A stretch of DNA of 63,887 nt, filler included, from Thraustochytrium aureum (Eukaryota), in the NCBI GenBank assembly GCA_012862495.1. It is 6 parts of 5 records of this genome, joined end to end, with 100 filler letters (N's around TTAATTAATTAA, not from the genome) between each part and the next. Parts side by side here need not be neighbours in the genome. Positions count along the whole stretch, not along the records: positions 6,237 to 23,101 come from BLSG01000248.1; 5 more parts are not named here. One strand, 5' to 3'. Below are positions 10,251 to 22,520 of the stretch, piece after piece (position 1 is the stretch's first letter; the number at the start of each line of letters is the position of its first letter). Under the pieces are notes generated by a model, which saw nothing but the letters and a program-made list of their open reading frames with translations, was not told where the DNA came from and did no database searches. Position numbers and translations under genes: made by a program.

Positions 10251-13200
10251 ATGTCGAGGTCCAGCCGAGTCGGGCACTGGGAAAGGACGCCGACAGAACG
10301 GCAGCAGGTGCGCCCGCCTCGAACGACCAACGAGCTTATTCAAACGACGACGTAAACGAGCCTAGCCCGCCAGATGTGGGCGTCCAGATTGTGTATGCGT
10401 GCAGCGACGACCCAAGTACAGCGCGCCAGAGGGACTTTGTCCCGGCGCAGCAAACGAGTGGCGTGACGTTCATCTCGCCGACTCGGATGCTGCAGCAGGG
10501 CGGAGACAAGATAGAGAAGCTGTCACCGCTCGCTGTGAGGCCAGACCTGCCAAACTATGCAGCTGAGGTGGACGCATCTGCGCGCGCCCAGCGAGCAGAT
10601 CTGGCCTTCCACCGCGCGCTGGGGCGAGCGCCTACCACTGCCGTACTGCTCAACAGCGAGCGGGGGGAAGGGGCCGTAAAGTCGTATTTGCTGGACCTGG
10701 CCGAAGCGAGCAGCGGCTGCTCTTTCCACGAGCACATTGACGAGAGCAGTGCAGCTGGGCCAGAGGCAGGCTCGCCGTGTGGGCACCAACAACAAGACCA
10801 GCTCTGCTCGTGGGGAGGGCGCGAGCGGCTGGCGTGCGCCTCGCACGCGAAGCGAACAACTGTGCTTGGACTGTGCGGCCTGCGAAACTTTGTCTACCAG
10901 ACCAACCTGTTCTTGTGCCTTCACTTTGAGGCGTCGCCAGAGGACCCGCTCAACCTTGAGCCCGTCGTTCTCGAAGGGCCGCCTCCCGGCGAGCTCGCAA
11001 GGGTTTCACACGTGGACTTGGAGGGCTTGCGACGGAGCAATCTCCAGTTCGGTTTGCTCGTGCGCAAGGGCAAGGGAGGCACCAACGGCCGAGCTGCCCG
11101 GGCTCGGCTTGCGGCGTTCGGGCTCGACCCGTCGCAAAGCCAAACGGACGCGGCAGCCTCGGCCGAGGTCCTGAAATTCACCTTTAGCGTTCGGCTTGAG
11201 GTTTATGTCAGCCACGAGTTTTGGGAGCAGCTCTCGCACCAGGGGCGGTGTGACTTGGCGGCACTCGCGCATGTCACGGAAGATCACCTGCGGCGCCAGT
11301 TTGAGGCATGGGATTGCGAAGATTTTAGCTTTCGCAACCGAACGGACCCCGGGGTCGTCGAGTCCGCTGCTGCGTGTGCACCGCCCCCACAGTCCGCGTC
11401 GCTAGGCCCAGCCCCGCTCGAACAAGCGGGAAATGAAAGTGCTCCCTCAGCGACTGCTCTTGCGCTTGAGGTGCCCCAGCCCGTCGCGGCAACCGTTCGA
11501 AAAAAGCACCCATTGTACCTGATTGGCACGCGCGACGCCTTTTCCCATGACCTGATTGGCCTGGACGCCGCCACCGGACAAGTCGTGGTCCGCCATGGGG
11601 GGCCTGGAATGCTTGGGTTAGCAGAGCTCCCTGAGGCAGAAGGCGGGCCGCGCTCCAGCACTCGGGCGGTCGACTGGTTCTTTGCGCCTTCCACAGGGCT
11701 CCCAACTGGATACGACCCGGTCCAGTTCCCTTGCGATAAGGCCTCGGGGCTGTTTCCTGTCGGGGTCCGGACCTACCTTGGCGCCATGGACGAGGGGGGG
11801 CTTGCTGTGATCGAGCAAAAGGTGGATGATCTCATTCGCCTCAGCCACCTGGCCGACTCCTCGCTCCTTCCAGGCACGTGCCAGCACTCTGGTCGCTGCG
11901 GGGCGGTGCAGCGAACAAAGATGTTCTTCAACGCTCGCTACCTTTGGACGCGCGAGCAGCTCGACCACCCGAAAGCGGCAATTGCCAACGGCATTCGCAC
12001 GGACGTGTCACGTGCTCCGGCGTGGATGAGTGAGCTTGTTGAAAGTCGCTTTGTTCGAGCTGGCATTCTAGAGTCCGGCTACGTCAACTCTTTCGCCTGC
12101 AACGTGTATCATGACGGCTCAGAGGGCCTTGGCCAGCACTTTGACGATGAGGAGAGGTTTCACCACCCGTAAGTTCACATGGCGCAACTTGAAGGTGGCC
12201 ACGGCGTGCAGGCTTTCGGTGGATCTCGCTGACGAAATAGAGGTGCTCGTCGCTCCGGCGAGACGACGGATTGCAAAGGGTTGTCTCACTTCGGCTGTTT
12301 AGCGACTCGAGGCTCTCTTTCGGCTGCCAGCTGTACGGCATGGCCAATGGCCTGTTCGCTATCCCAATGCCCCGGGGCACTGTGACCGTCCTCCAGCCCG
12401 GCGGGTTCGCAAGCTCCAAGGTCAAGCACGGCATCCGGCCTGCCGATATGGCAGGCAAATCAGGGGTGCTCCTCCTTCGCCGTATTCGTGCTCGCCTCCT
12501 TGAAGAGGCGGACCAGTTCAAGTTGGACGAGCTCGCAGAACGATTTTCTAGCGCAAGCCTCAGAGACCGGGCCCTAACGTTTGCGGCCTTGCCTGCCTCG
12601 ACGCTCTCCCGCAAGCATTTCCGAGAGGTCTCCAGGGTCCTGCACAGGACCATCGCCAAAGTCGAGTTGCTCGCTGCCCGCCAAGCTTGCGCAGAGCGCC
12701 GCGACAGGGTTGAGGTCTCCAAAGTGCTCTCCAGGCTCGTCCGCATGGTCGAGCGCCCGCCCCGACAAGTCCACGACGAGGTTGCCGCAGTCCTCGCTGG
12801 CATCGTGCGCAAGGTTGCTGCGTCTGCGGGCGGCGGCCTCGCAGGCGGTAGAACCGCTGTTGCGCGTGGGTGGGCTCAACCTCGTGGCAATCACTGGGCG
12901 AGCTCGCAGTCCGAGCTTGTTCGCCGACGCCCAGGGCCGTCCGAAGAGACGCAAGTGAGGAGTGTCATCAAACGGCTCATGGTCGCGGTCGAGCGTCGTG
13001 CATTGCGAGAGCAAGAACGTGAGCAGCGTAGAGCGCTCAGCTCTGGCGCGGCTTGGCAACGGCGGAACTCGGGCGCCCCAGCGGTTTTGCTGCCTCGCCA
13101 GAGTGTCGACACGGCGACTGTTTCGCAGTGCGGTGCGGTACTCGCCGGGTTGGTCCGTCAGCTGGTTCGCGAGGATCGCGAGGGGCGCCGTCAAGCCGCT

Positions 13201-13383
13201 GACCGCGTCAAGGTCGAGAGAGTCTTGACCTGCGTCGTCGATGCGATCTGCAAATCTGGTGGCGACAGCGCGCAAGCGAGCTCGATCGTGCAAAAGGGCA
13301 GGGACAAACACCACTGGTTTCAAATCAAATATGCGATGACGCGGCTTTTGTCACGAGTCGAGGCCGCAGTTGGGCCAGCCTGA
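10251..13383 (+). CDS. ALKBH5-like AlkB-family 2OG-Fe(II) dioxygenase with long N- and C-terminal extensions; intron 12169-12278; start in or before gap 9735-10250
   Basis: RTKMFF...Y, VNSFACNVYHDGSEGLGQHFDD (HxD), spliced P|VVSLRLFSDSRLSFG, AIPMPRGTVTVL, VKHGIRP, VLLLRR all parallel ALKBH5 motifs. Removing GTAAGT...GCAAAG joins the two ORFs in frame. Confidence 0.8.
12169..12278 (+). other. Spliceosomal intron (110 nt, phase 2) in ALKBH5-like gene
   Basis: GTAAGT donor, GCTGAC branch-like motif ~12228, AAAG acceptor; restores HHP-VVSLRL. Confidence 0.8.
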
Positions 13384-13592
13384 GCTGACAACCGCGCGCG
13401 CGCCGCCTGACAACACCAACCTGAGCAGACAACCGCACGCACGCCGCCTGACCAACACACCTCGTAGGATCGATTTGCTTCAGATCAGACGGGCGCTCGA
13501 GCCGGATAGGAAGGGAGGCAGCTGTGGCCAAAGTCAAGGAGGGCTCGAGATGGCGGCAGCCGCGTCCGCAACGCACTTTACTTGTTCTGATT

Positions 13593-16500
13593 CTATTCTA
13601 TCAACCCGAGCAGGTCGCCGCTGCCTTGCGAGGCCTGGCCAAGGGCCGGCTTCTTTTCTTTCTTTTCTTTCTTGTCCTTCTTGCCCTTTTTCACCTTCTG
13701 GTCGACACTGCCTTCGGTTGGACGCGCGCCGTTGCCGTCCTCAGACAGCTTGCTCTTCTTTTCCTTCTTGTGCTTCTTGGGCTTCTTGGCATGCTCTGAC
13801 GTTCCCGGCCCTTGCGCGGCGATCGCGGGCCTTTCGTCAACAGCGGCGGCCTCGGTCAAGTCAATATCGGCGAGCGTTAGGCCGTCGAGACTGTCCGCGT
13901 CATCAGGAGTACTCGTGCGGCGCTTCGTCTTGGAGCGCCGCGGCTCCGCGAGTGCTCCCTCGGGCATCGCGTCCTCCATCATGATGCCGACAGGAGAGGA
14001 ATCGCCTTGTGCAAAGATGGCGCTGATTGAAGTAGCGCCCTTGTGATGCGTGGAAGCAAATTCGCGGGCATCCCGGCCACGCTGCGCGTTGGCGTCGGTT
14101 GAGTCAAAACCCTCCTCGCCTGAAGACGAAGCCGACTCGCCCGCAGACTTTAGGTAAAAAGGGTCTTGGCGGCTGCTGAGCCGCTCGCTGGCCACTGCGC
14201 GCTTGGCCTTTTTCGATTTTTTCCGGCTTGCCCGGCTCCTGGAGGCGCGCGAGCCCGCTAGCATGAGGTCGTCGTCGCCCGAGCCTTGGTCCTCGTCACT
14301 GGTGCCCGCGTATAGAGGGCCGCGCTCTCCGCTCGAGTCGTCCGCCGCAATGTCCCTAAACGTGACTCGCCGGGCCCCGCCGCCCTGGCGAAGTGCCTCG
14401 TCGAGCCGGCGGTCTTCTTCGGTTTCCGGAAACGCAAACTGGTCGCGCAGCTCGATGTGCAGGGGCGTCTCCAAGTCGAGACCCTCTGGGACCGGGACAA
14501 GGCCCTGCGCATCTTGACCCACCGGGACAAGCTCGGAGCTGAAAACCGCCTCCAGGCGCAAGGACGCGAGTGCGAGCGGGCTGGGCACGGCCGCCGGGTT
14601 TCCTCGTGGCTCGCTTGCAGGAATTGGAGGGCCTGCTGCTTGAGCGTGTTGATCATCGATGCCGCCAAAGAGAAGGTCCACGATGGGCTCAGGAGGCTTG
14701 TCGGCCTTGCGCGTCTGCGCAACCTCGGGCGAGGAGCGCGTGGCGAGCCCAAGGAAGACGAGCAGCTCGATCCCAGTTAGCGCGCGTTCCTGCACCTGAA
14801 TGTGCTCGGACGCAGCAAAGTCTTCGAGGCGGTCTACGATTGCCTGCGCCAACGCTGCAACGCGCGCGTACGAGACAGTGGGGTCGCCGCCGCCAGAGAC
14901 GACGCTGCACTCGTGCCGGGGCCANNNNNNNNNNNNNNNNNNNNNNNNNNNNNNNNNNNNNNNNNNNNNNNNNNNNNNNNNNNNNNNNNNNNNNNNNNNN
15001 NNNNNNNNNNNNNNNNNNNNNNNNNNNNNNNNNNNNNNNNNNNNNNNNNNNNNNNNNNNNNNNNNNNNNNNNNNNNNNNNNNNNNNNNNNNNNNNNNNNN
15101 NNNNNNNNNNNNNNNNNNNNNNNNNNNNNNNNNNNNNNNNNNNNNNNNNNNNNNNNNNNNNNNNNNNNNNNNNNNNNNNNNNNNNNNNNNNNNNNNNNNN
15201 NNNNNNNNNNNNNNNNNNNNNNNNNNNNNNNNNNNNNNNNNNNNNNNNNNNNNNNNNNNNNNNNNNNNNNNNNNNNNNNNNNNNNNNNNNNNNNNNNNNN
15301 NNNNNNNNNNNNNNNNNNNNNNNNNNNNNNNNNNNNNNNNNNNNNNNNNNNNNNNNNNNNNNNNNNNNNNNNNNNNNNNGAGCCTGTCGGGGCCGTCCCA
15401 AGCAAGCCAGCGAATTCACACGAGATCCAGCTTGCAGCGAAGAGGATGTGGGCCGCTCCATCTGCTGGCGCGCTGGCCGTCCGTCTCTGCGAGAGCCTGC
15501 GGTCCTGAATGAGACCCGCCATTGCCCGCACGGCGTACGGGCGCACGCTGGCGACCCTGACCACGACGTCGATGATCTGGTCGCGGATGAGCTCCCCTTG
15601 AGGCGCCCCGTTGATGTGCGCGAGGTCAACGAGGACCGAGACGTACCAGGCAAAGTTCGAGAGGTACGCGTACTTGTCCCGTGAGCAGACAAAGACAATC
15701 TTCCGGATCAAGTCGTCCCGGTATGCCCCCTCTGCGCCTTGGACGTGCTGCAAGAGCTTTTGAACAATGTCCACCAAGTTGCGCTTGGTCACCATCCCGG
15801 AGAGGAGCTCGAGGGCGCGCAGCCGGACGGTGATGTCGTCGTCCAGTAGGCACTGGAGCACCATCTCCTTGTGCTCCGCGACAACGCGTGGGTGCGACTG
15901 CATGAGGTTAACAAAGCCGACCAGGCCAAGGTATTTGAGGTTCTGGTCGACGTCCTCGACGAACTCGCGCAGCTTGACCGTGCAGAGGGCCACGATTTCG
16001 GGGACGATTTTCGGCTGCGACCCGTCGGACCTTGCGGTGTAAGCGAGGGCCAGTGTGATCGTGTGAATGCACTCGTACAGGAGCGACTTGGCCTGGGTCG
16101 TCTCCACCACCTTGGCCAGCGGGTCGAGCAGTTTTCGCGCGAGGCGCGGCTCCTCGGGCAGCAAGGCCGACATGAGTTTGACAATCTTGATGAGCATCCA
16201 GTTGTTGCTCGACGAGGTGAGCAGGTCGAAGAGTTGCGGCGCCAGAGCGAGAAAGTTTCGCGGGTTTTTGCGCGAAAGCTCGCAGATCACGTTGACTGTG
16301 CACGACACGACCGACATGTCGGTGTCGTCGAGGCGCTGCCGTAGCCTGTCGAAGGTCTGCGGGAGGCCCTGGGGGTACCGCAGGTAGAGCTTGTACAGAG
16401 CGAGCACCGCCTTTTTCCGAACAAAGGGCCGGGACGAGTTGAGCATGCTCGCGACGTCTTCGATCAGGTCTCTGGCGAGCTCGCGCGTCGCGATGTTGCT

Positions 16501-16869
16501 GAGGCAGTTGAGGGCTGTTCCAGACTCGTACATGTTCGGGTCCTGCAGCTCCTTTTTCAGTAGGTTCGTGCACAACAAGACCACGTCTGTGTGTGTGTCA
16601 AATACCTGGGAGGCAGCCAGCATTCCGGCCCGCCTGTGCGTGAACCGTGGCGCCGACATTACCTCGACTATGTGGAACGCCGCAAAGCCGACGTCGAACC
16701 CGAGCATTTGCAAGTAGGTCGCTTTCTGTACGGCCAGGAACTTGATGTGCCGGTCCGTGCTCTTCAGCTCTGCTTTGATCTCGACCATGGCCTTGCTGAT
16801 GTACGAGGCTTGGTCATGTTTGTGATTCCTAATCCCTTTGATCAGGTCCTGCAGCGACCTCTCAAACAT
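13593..16869 (-). CDS. AP3D1: AP-3 adaptor complex delta subunit (gap 14925-15379)
   Basis: MFERSLQDLIKGIRNHK...YISKAMVEIKAEL, FHIVEVMS, RPFVRKKAVL, NNWMLIKIVKL, EPRLARKL, DQNLKYLGL, DDDITVRLRALELL; after the gap HIQVQERA and ELVPVGQDAQGLVPVPEGLDLE; Lys-rich tail. Confidence 0.95.
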
Positions 16870-17120
16870 GCTTGCCGCGCCTCGCCACGGCCGCCGAGCG
16901 GGCCCCACGACCAGCCACAGGCTCGCTCTAGCGGGCTACTCTAGCGCTCCGCAGCTCCTCGCGACCCTAGCTGGCAAGCAGAGCAGCTAGCTGGCAAGTA
17001 GAGTAGCCAGCTGGGCGAGGGGCGCGAGCGCGTCGCCGCGCCAAGTCGACCCCGCGCCGCGCGAATCTCGCAGCCAGCCGAACTGCCCGCGTCCTGCCCG
17101 CCCCGCGCCCTGCCAGCCTT

Positions 17121-17147
17121 CCTGCCTGCCTGCCTGCCTGCCTGCCT
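17121..17147. repeat. (CCTG)n microsatellite
   Basis: cctgcctgcctgcctgcctgcctgcc. A similar tract lies at ~35334-35362. Confidence 0.85.
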
Positions 17148-18289
17148 TCCTTTCTGCGCGCCTGCCCGCCTGCGCGCCGCGAGCGCACGGCTGCCCGTTT
17201 GCGGTCTGCTGGAGCGACTTGANNNNNNNNNNNNNNNNNNNNNNNNNNNNNNNNNNNNNNNNNNNNNNNNNNNNNNNNNNNNNNNNNNNNNNNNNNNNNN
17301 NNNNNNNNNNNNNNNNNNNNNNNNNNNNNNNNNNNNNNNNNNNNNNNNNNNNNNNNNNNNNNNNNNNNNNNNNNNNNNNNNNNNNNNNNNNNNNNNNNNN
17401 NNNNNNNNNNNNNNNNNNNNNNNNNNNNNNNNNNNNNNNNNNNNNNNNNNNNNNNNNNNNNNNNNNNNNNNNNNNNNNNNNNNNNNNNNNNNNNNNNNNN
17501 NNNNNNNNNNNNNNNNNNNNNNNNNNNNNNNNNNNNNNNNNNNNNNNNNNNNNNNNNNNNNNNNNNNNNNNNNNNNNNNNNNNNNNNNNNNNNNNNNNNN
17601 NNNNNNNNNNNNNNNNNNNNNNNNNNNNNNNNNNNNNNNNNNNNNNNNNNNNNNNNNNNNNNNNNNNNNNNNNNNNNNNNNNNNNNNNNNNNNNNNNNNN
17701 NNNNNNNNNNNNNNNNNNNNNNNNNNNNNNNNNNNNNNNNNNNNNNNNNNNNNNNNNNNNNNNNNNNNNNNNNNNNNNNNNNNNNNNNNNNNNNNNNNNN
17801 NNNNNNNNNNNNNNNNNNNNNNNNNNNNNNNNNNNNNNNNNNNNNNNNNNNNNNNNNNNNNNNNNNNNNNNNNNNNNNNNNNNNNNCTTGTGGCGCGTGC
17901 TGGTCGGCTTGGACGGCGTGGCAAGCCGTGGCCGAGGAAAACCGCGCCAGACGCACAGCCGCGCTCAAGCGCTAGCTGGCTTGCTGGATTCAACCTCTTG
18001 ACAGCTACTCGCTCTCAAGCTCTAGCTAGCTCTAGAGCGAGAGGTCCTGGAGGGCAGGCAGTCAACGCAGGTCGAGCCCTCCGCGAGCTCGATCGCTTCT
18101 GAGCCCAAGCGAGCGCGAGCCGTCTCGTTCAATTTCCAAGGCACATGGCTGCGCTGCAAGAGGATCGTTCAATCGGCATGACGGTCGAGGCTGCCGGGCG
18201 GCACCAGCGCAAGCAGGGTTCGCAAAACGGATTTGGTATGTAGGTTGCATATTGTGAGAGAAGCCGCCTGGCGCGGGAGCCGGCGACAC

Positions 18290-20149
18290 TTACGGCGGCG
18301 CTCGAGGCGCCGGCCGCGCTCGCGCATTTTCCGCAAACTTGGCCGGGGTCGTCGGCGGCTCACGAGGCCCGGAGGACTTTACAGCCATGTTCAGGACCTT
18401 GATTGCCATTGACAGCACATCTTCGGGACTGTCGGCCCCTTGGAAGGCCTCGAAGAGGTCCGGCGCCTCGGACTTTGACTTCTTCAGCAGAGCAATGAAT
18501 TGCTTGGTCATGACCATGGAGCCGTAATCCTCCTGGCCGGCGCCAGGCGCGGTCTTGCGCACCGACTGGCGGTCCGCGTCCGGCGTAGCGAGGATTTTCT
18601 TGACGTCCTGCGTGCTCATCCTGTTCTGCTCGCCCTTGGGCAGAATACTTTCTCCGAAGGCCGTGCTGAGTTTCCGGCTGCTGAGGCGCCCGCGCGAGAA
18701 GCGCTTGGACACCGATTGGCGGGCCGAGAGCTTGCGCGACTGAGTGAGCGTCGCCGCCTTGAGCTTGAGTGTGCTCTTCTCGAGCGTGGCCGGNNNNNNN
18801 NNNNNNNNNNNNNNNNNNNNNNNNNNNNNNNNNNNNNNNNNNNNNNNNNNNNNNNNNNNNNNNNNNNNNNNNNNNNNNNNNNNNNNNNNNNNNNNNNNNN
18901 NNNNNNNNNNNNNNNNNNNNNNNNNNNNNNNNNNNNNNNNNNNNNNNNNNNNNNNNNNNNNNNNNNNNNNNNNNNNNNNNNNNNNNNNNNNNNNNNNNNN
19001 NNNNNNNNNNNNNNNNNNNNNNNNNNNNNNNNNNNNNNNNNNNNNNNNNNNNNNNNNNNNNNNNNNNNNNNNNNNNNNNNNNNNNNNNNNNNNNNNNNNN
19101 NNNNNNNNNNNNNNNNNNNNNNNNNNNNNNNNNNNNNNNNNNNNNNNNNNNNNNNNNNNNNNNNNNNNNNNNNNNNNNNNNNNNNNNNNNNNNNNNNNNN
19201 NNNNNNNNNNNNNNNNNNNNNNNNNNNNNNNNNNNNNNNNNNNNNNNNNNNNNNNNNNNNNNNNNNNNNNNNNNNNNNNNNNNNNNNNNNNNNNNNNNNN
19301 NNNNNNNNNNNNNNNNNNNNNNNNNNNNNNNNNNNNNNNNNNNNNNNNNNNNNNNNNNNNNNNNNNNNNNNNNNNNNNNNNNNNNNNNNNNNNNNNNNNN
19401 NNNNNNNNNNNNNNNNNNNNNNNNNNNNNNNNNNNNNNNNNNNNNNNNNNNNNNNNNNNNNNNNNNNNNNNNNNNNNNNNNNNNNNNNNNNNNNNNNNNN
19501 NNNNNNNNNNNNNNNNNNNNNNNNNNNNNNNNNNNNNNNNNNNNNNNNNNNNNNNGTAGGGCAACTCTGAGATGCACTCTGGCGCCATCCAGAACGGCGC
19601 CCCGATCGCGGTCGTAGTCCGGTCGCTCTTGCTCTTCAGCACGGCCGAGACGCCAAAGTCGGCCAGCTTGCACTGCCCGCGCGCGTTGAGGAGGATGTTG
19701 CCGCACTTGATGTCGCGATGGATGATGAACTTTTTGTGCAGGTAGGCGAGGCCGAGCGCGCTGGCGGCTGTCACGTCGCGCAGCTGGTCGACGCTGAGCG
19801 TTTCGTCGGTTACAAACATGAGGTCGTTCACCGAGCCGGCCTCGCAGACTTCCATGCTCATCCAAATGTGCGTTTTGTCCGCGGAAACGTAGGCGCTAAA
19901 GAGCTTCACGATAAAGTCGCTCTCGCTGTCGCGCATGATGGCTATCTCGGCCTTGATCTCGTCCAGGTCGTTGTCGATGGGCACGATCTTGACCGCCGTT
20001 TTCTTCTTGGCCTTGTGGTCCTGCGCGCTCCACACGCTCCCGTAGGTGCCCTCCCCGAGGCAGTCGAGCAGCTCGAACCCCTGCGTCGGGTCGCCCTGAT
20101 CAAACTCGGCAAACCGCTTCGACACGCGGTTCGACATCCGCTTCATCAT
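18290..20149 (-). CDS. STE20-family (MST/GCK-like) Ser/Thr protein kinase (gap 18794-19555)
   Basis: LGEGTYGSVW, AVKIVPIDNDLDEIKAEIAIM, WMSMEVCEAGSVND, HRDIKCGNILL, KLADFGVSA, GAPFWMAPE; basic C-terminal tail after the gap. Confidence 0.9.
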   Translation of the reverse strand: MMKRMSNRVSKRFAEFDQGDPTQGFELLDCLGEGTYGSVWSAQDHKAKKKTAVKIVPIDNDLDEIKAEIAIMRDSESDFIVKLFSAYVSADKTHIWMSMEVCEAGSVNDLMFVTDETLSVDQLRDVTAASALGLAYLHKKFIIHRDIKCGNILLNARGQCKLADFGVSAVLKSKSDRTTTAIGAPFWMAPECISELPYXXXXXXXXXXXXXXXXXXXXXXXXXXXXXXXXXXXXXXXXXXXXXXXXXXXXXXXXXXXXXXXXXXXXXXXXXXXXXXXXXXXXXXXXXXXXXXXXXXXXXXXXXXXXXXXXXXXXXXXXXXXXXXXXXXXXXXXXXXXXXXXXXXXXXXXXXXXXXXXXXXXXXXXXXXXXXXXXXXXXXXXXXXXXXXXXXXXXXXXXXXXXXXXXXXXXXXXXXXXXXXXXXXXXXXXXXXXXXXXXXXXXXXXXXXXXXXPATLEKSTLKLKAATLTQSRKLSARQSVSKRFSRGRLSSRKLSTAFGESILPKGEQNRMSTQDVKKILATPDADRQSVRKTAPGAGQEDYGSMVMTKQFIALLKKSKSEAPDLFEAFQGADSPEDVLSMAIKVLNMAVKSSGPREPPTTPAKFAENARARPAPRAPP

Positions 20150-21647
20150 CTTCGCGACCGCGTCCGCTTGGCCTCGGAGCCGCGGCCGTCCAGCTCGAGC
20201 AAGCCCCACCCAGAGCCAGCGGCCTGCTTGCCCCTGCGCGCGTGGCCGAGCCGGCCTCGAACCGGGCAGCCTCCAACAAGTTCAGCCACTGCTGCGCCCG
20301 ACGGCCGCGCGACGATGGCCAGCTGACGCCCTGCTGCGCACTGGACTGCTCGCTCGCGGGTCTGCTCGCTCGCTCGCTCGCTGGTCTGCTCACTCGCTCG
20401 CTGGTCTGCTCACTCAATCGCTCGCTTGGTGCACGCTCAGCTCCTGCACTTGCCCCTTCCTTCTTTCTCTTTCTTTCTCTCTCTCTTTCCTGCCTTTTTG
20501 TCTTCCGAGTCTGCACAAGGCCAACAAACAGACAAAGCACCGTGACCAAAAAAAAAAACACGAAATAACACAAAACAGCTTAGGAAAAACAAAAAACGAG
20601 ATTTGTATAAAATAATGAATAACACAACCTACACAATTGAAAGCAACCGTGACGATGAAAACCGATGATAAAAGGTGAAAACCGCGCAAGCAAGTGCACG
20701 CTATTGATGCAAGTAGTAGGATTGACTACGAGGGACGCTTGAGGAGGAGAAGGTGTTTTTGGTTGTGTGACACTCTACCTACGCCTTACGAGTCCCTGGG
20801 CACTTTCTGTCTGAGGGAGCTGCGCTGCTGAGAGGGCGCGGGTTCGTTTTTGTGGAAGTTGTGCATTTGGTTGTGTGGGGAAGGCCTCTGGAGTGCAGGG
20901 GTACGCGGGAAGGACTGGTGAGGCGGAGGCATGGATCGACTGTGAGAGGGTGCTCTCGATCAATCCAACTCGGCGCCGTGACGCTGCAACGGAGCTGCTC
21001 GCCGTCATCGACGCGGCTTGCAAGCGGAAACCTGCTTGGACGGTGCAGGCAGCCTCCGTGCGCTCAGGGAGGTCGCNNNNNNNNNNNNNNNNNNNNNNNN
21101 NNNNNNNNNNNNNNNNNNNNNNNNNNNNNNNNNNNNNNNNNNNNNNNNNNNNNNNNNNNNNNNNNNNNNNNNNNNNNNNNNNNNNNNNNNNNNNNNNNNN
21201 NNNNNNNNNNNNNNNNNNNNNNNNNNNNNNNNNNNNNNNNNNNNNNNNNNNNNNNNNNNNNNNNNNNNNNNNNNNNNNNNNNNNNNNNNNNNNNNNNNNN
21301 NNNNNNNNNNNNNNNNNNNNNNNNNNNNNNNNNNNNNNNNNNNNNNNNNNNNNNNNNNNNNNNNNNNNNNNNNNNNNNNNNNNNNNNNNNNNNNNNNNNN
21401 NNNNNNNNNNNNNNNNNNNNNNNNNNNNNNNNNNNNNNNNNNNNNNNNNNNNNNNNNNNNNNNNNNNNNNNNNNNNNNNNNNNNNNNNNNNNNNNNNNNN
21501 NNNNNNNNNNNNNNNNNNNNNNNNNNNNNNNNNNNNNNNNNNNNNNNNNNNNNNNNNNNNNNNNNNNNNNNNNNNNNNNNNNNNNNNNNNNNNNNNNNNN
21601 NNNNNNNNNNNNNNNNNNNNNNNNNNNNNNNNNNNNNNNNNNNNNNN

Positions 21648-22520
21648 CGCCGTGTCGGCCCAGGCGGCGTGCGTCAGGTCGACGATGTCCATGGTGAAGT
21701 CCTCGTCCTTGGCCTGGTCGTCGAACGCAAACGTGTTGACCGGCTTGCCGTCCGGAACCTTGTAGTACTTGAACCAGTTGACGATGGAGGACACCTTGCC
21801 GGGCATGGCCCGCTCCAGGTCGGCCACCGTGTTGATATGGCCCGCAAGCGGGTCGGTAACGTCAATGGCGATCGCCTTCCAGTCCATCTCGCCCTCGTCG
21901 ATCATGCCGAGAATGCCGAGCAGCTTGACGGGGTAGACCTCGCCGCCAAGGTGCACGCGCGACCCAACCTCCACAACGTCGAGCGGGTCGTTGTCGCCGA
22001 GCATGCCGGTCGCCGCGTCCTTGTGCTCGGGGTCCTCCCATGTCTGCGGCAGGCACCCGTAGTTGACCAAGCTCTGGAACGGGTAGAGGCGCAGCTTGCC
22101 CTTCTTGACGTCCTGCTTGATCGGGTTGAACTCCTCCTTGGTGGCGATCTCCATCTTCTCGACGCCCCCGCGCGGGATCTCGTTCACGAAGTTGACGATG
22201 CGGTTCGCACGGTCACGAAGAGCGGCACGTCGTGCCACGGCGAGATCTTGGGCCCGAGGCGGAGTTGAAGAACAGCCGAAAGTTTTCTTGGTTCTTCATC
22301 GGGAACCCCTCCACGAAGTCGCCAGCAGCCTCGACCGCCTGCGTCCACGCGTCAGCCGACCGCACCGACCCGACCCGAACCTCCCAAGCTGCACCTGCAC
22401 TTGACTTACAAAATCAGACGCGCTGCCAGAGCTACCACTGAGGGCGCGGGCAGCCTGGCTGCGAAACGCCGCGGCGCGGGCGGCGTGGCGCGCCACGCCG
22501 CGCGCGGCACTGTTGGCCAT
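21648..22520 (-). CDS. Family I soluble inorganic pyrophosphatase with probable mitochondrial presequence; intron 22339-22409; two frameshifts near 22255 and 22215; 3' end in gap
   Basis: Arg/Ala-rich N-terminus MANSAARGVARHAARAAAFRSQAARALS; ISPWHDVPL, EIPRG, KMEIATKEEFNPIKQD, NYGCLPQTWEDP, GDNDPLDVVEVG, IDEGEMDWK, WFKYYKVPDGKP. Confidence 0.92.
22339..22409 (-). other. Spliceosomal intron (71 nt, phase 0) in PPase gene
   Basis: Minus strand GTAAGT...GCTGAC...GCAG; joins ASDF to AVEAAGDF. Confidence 0.8.

Noticed and set aside
20414..20790. AT-rich island as foreign DNA
   Set aside because: It consists of low-complexity A-rich and CT-rich tracts between the PPase 3' end and the kinase start, typical of UTR or intergenic sequence.
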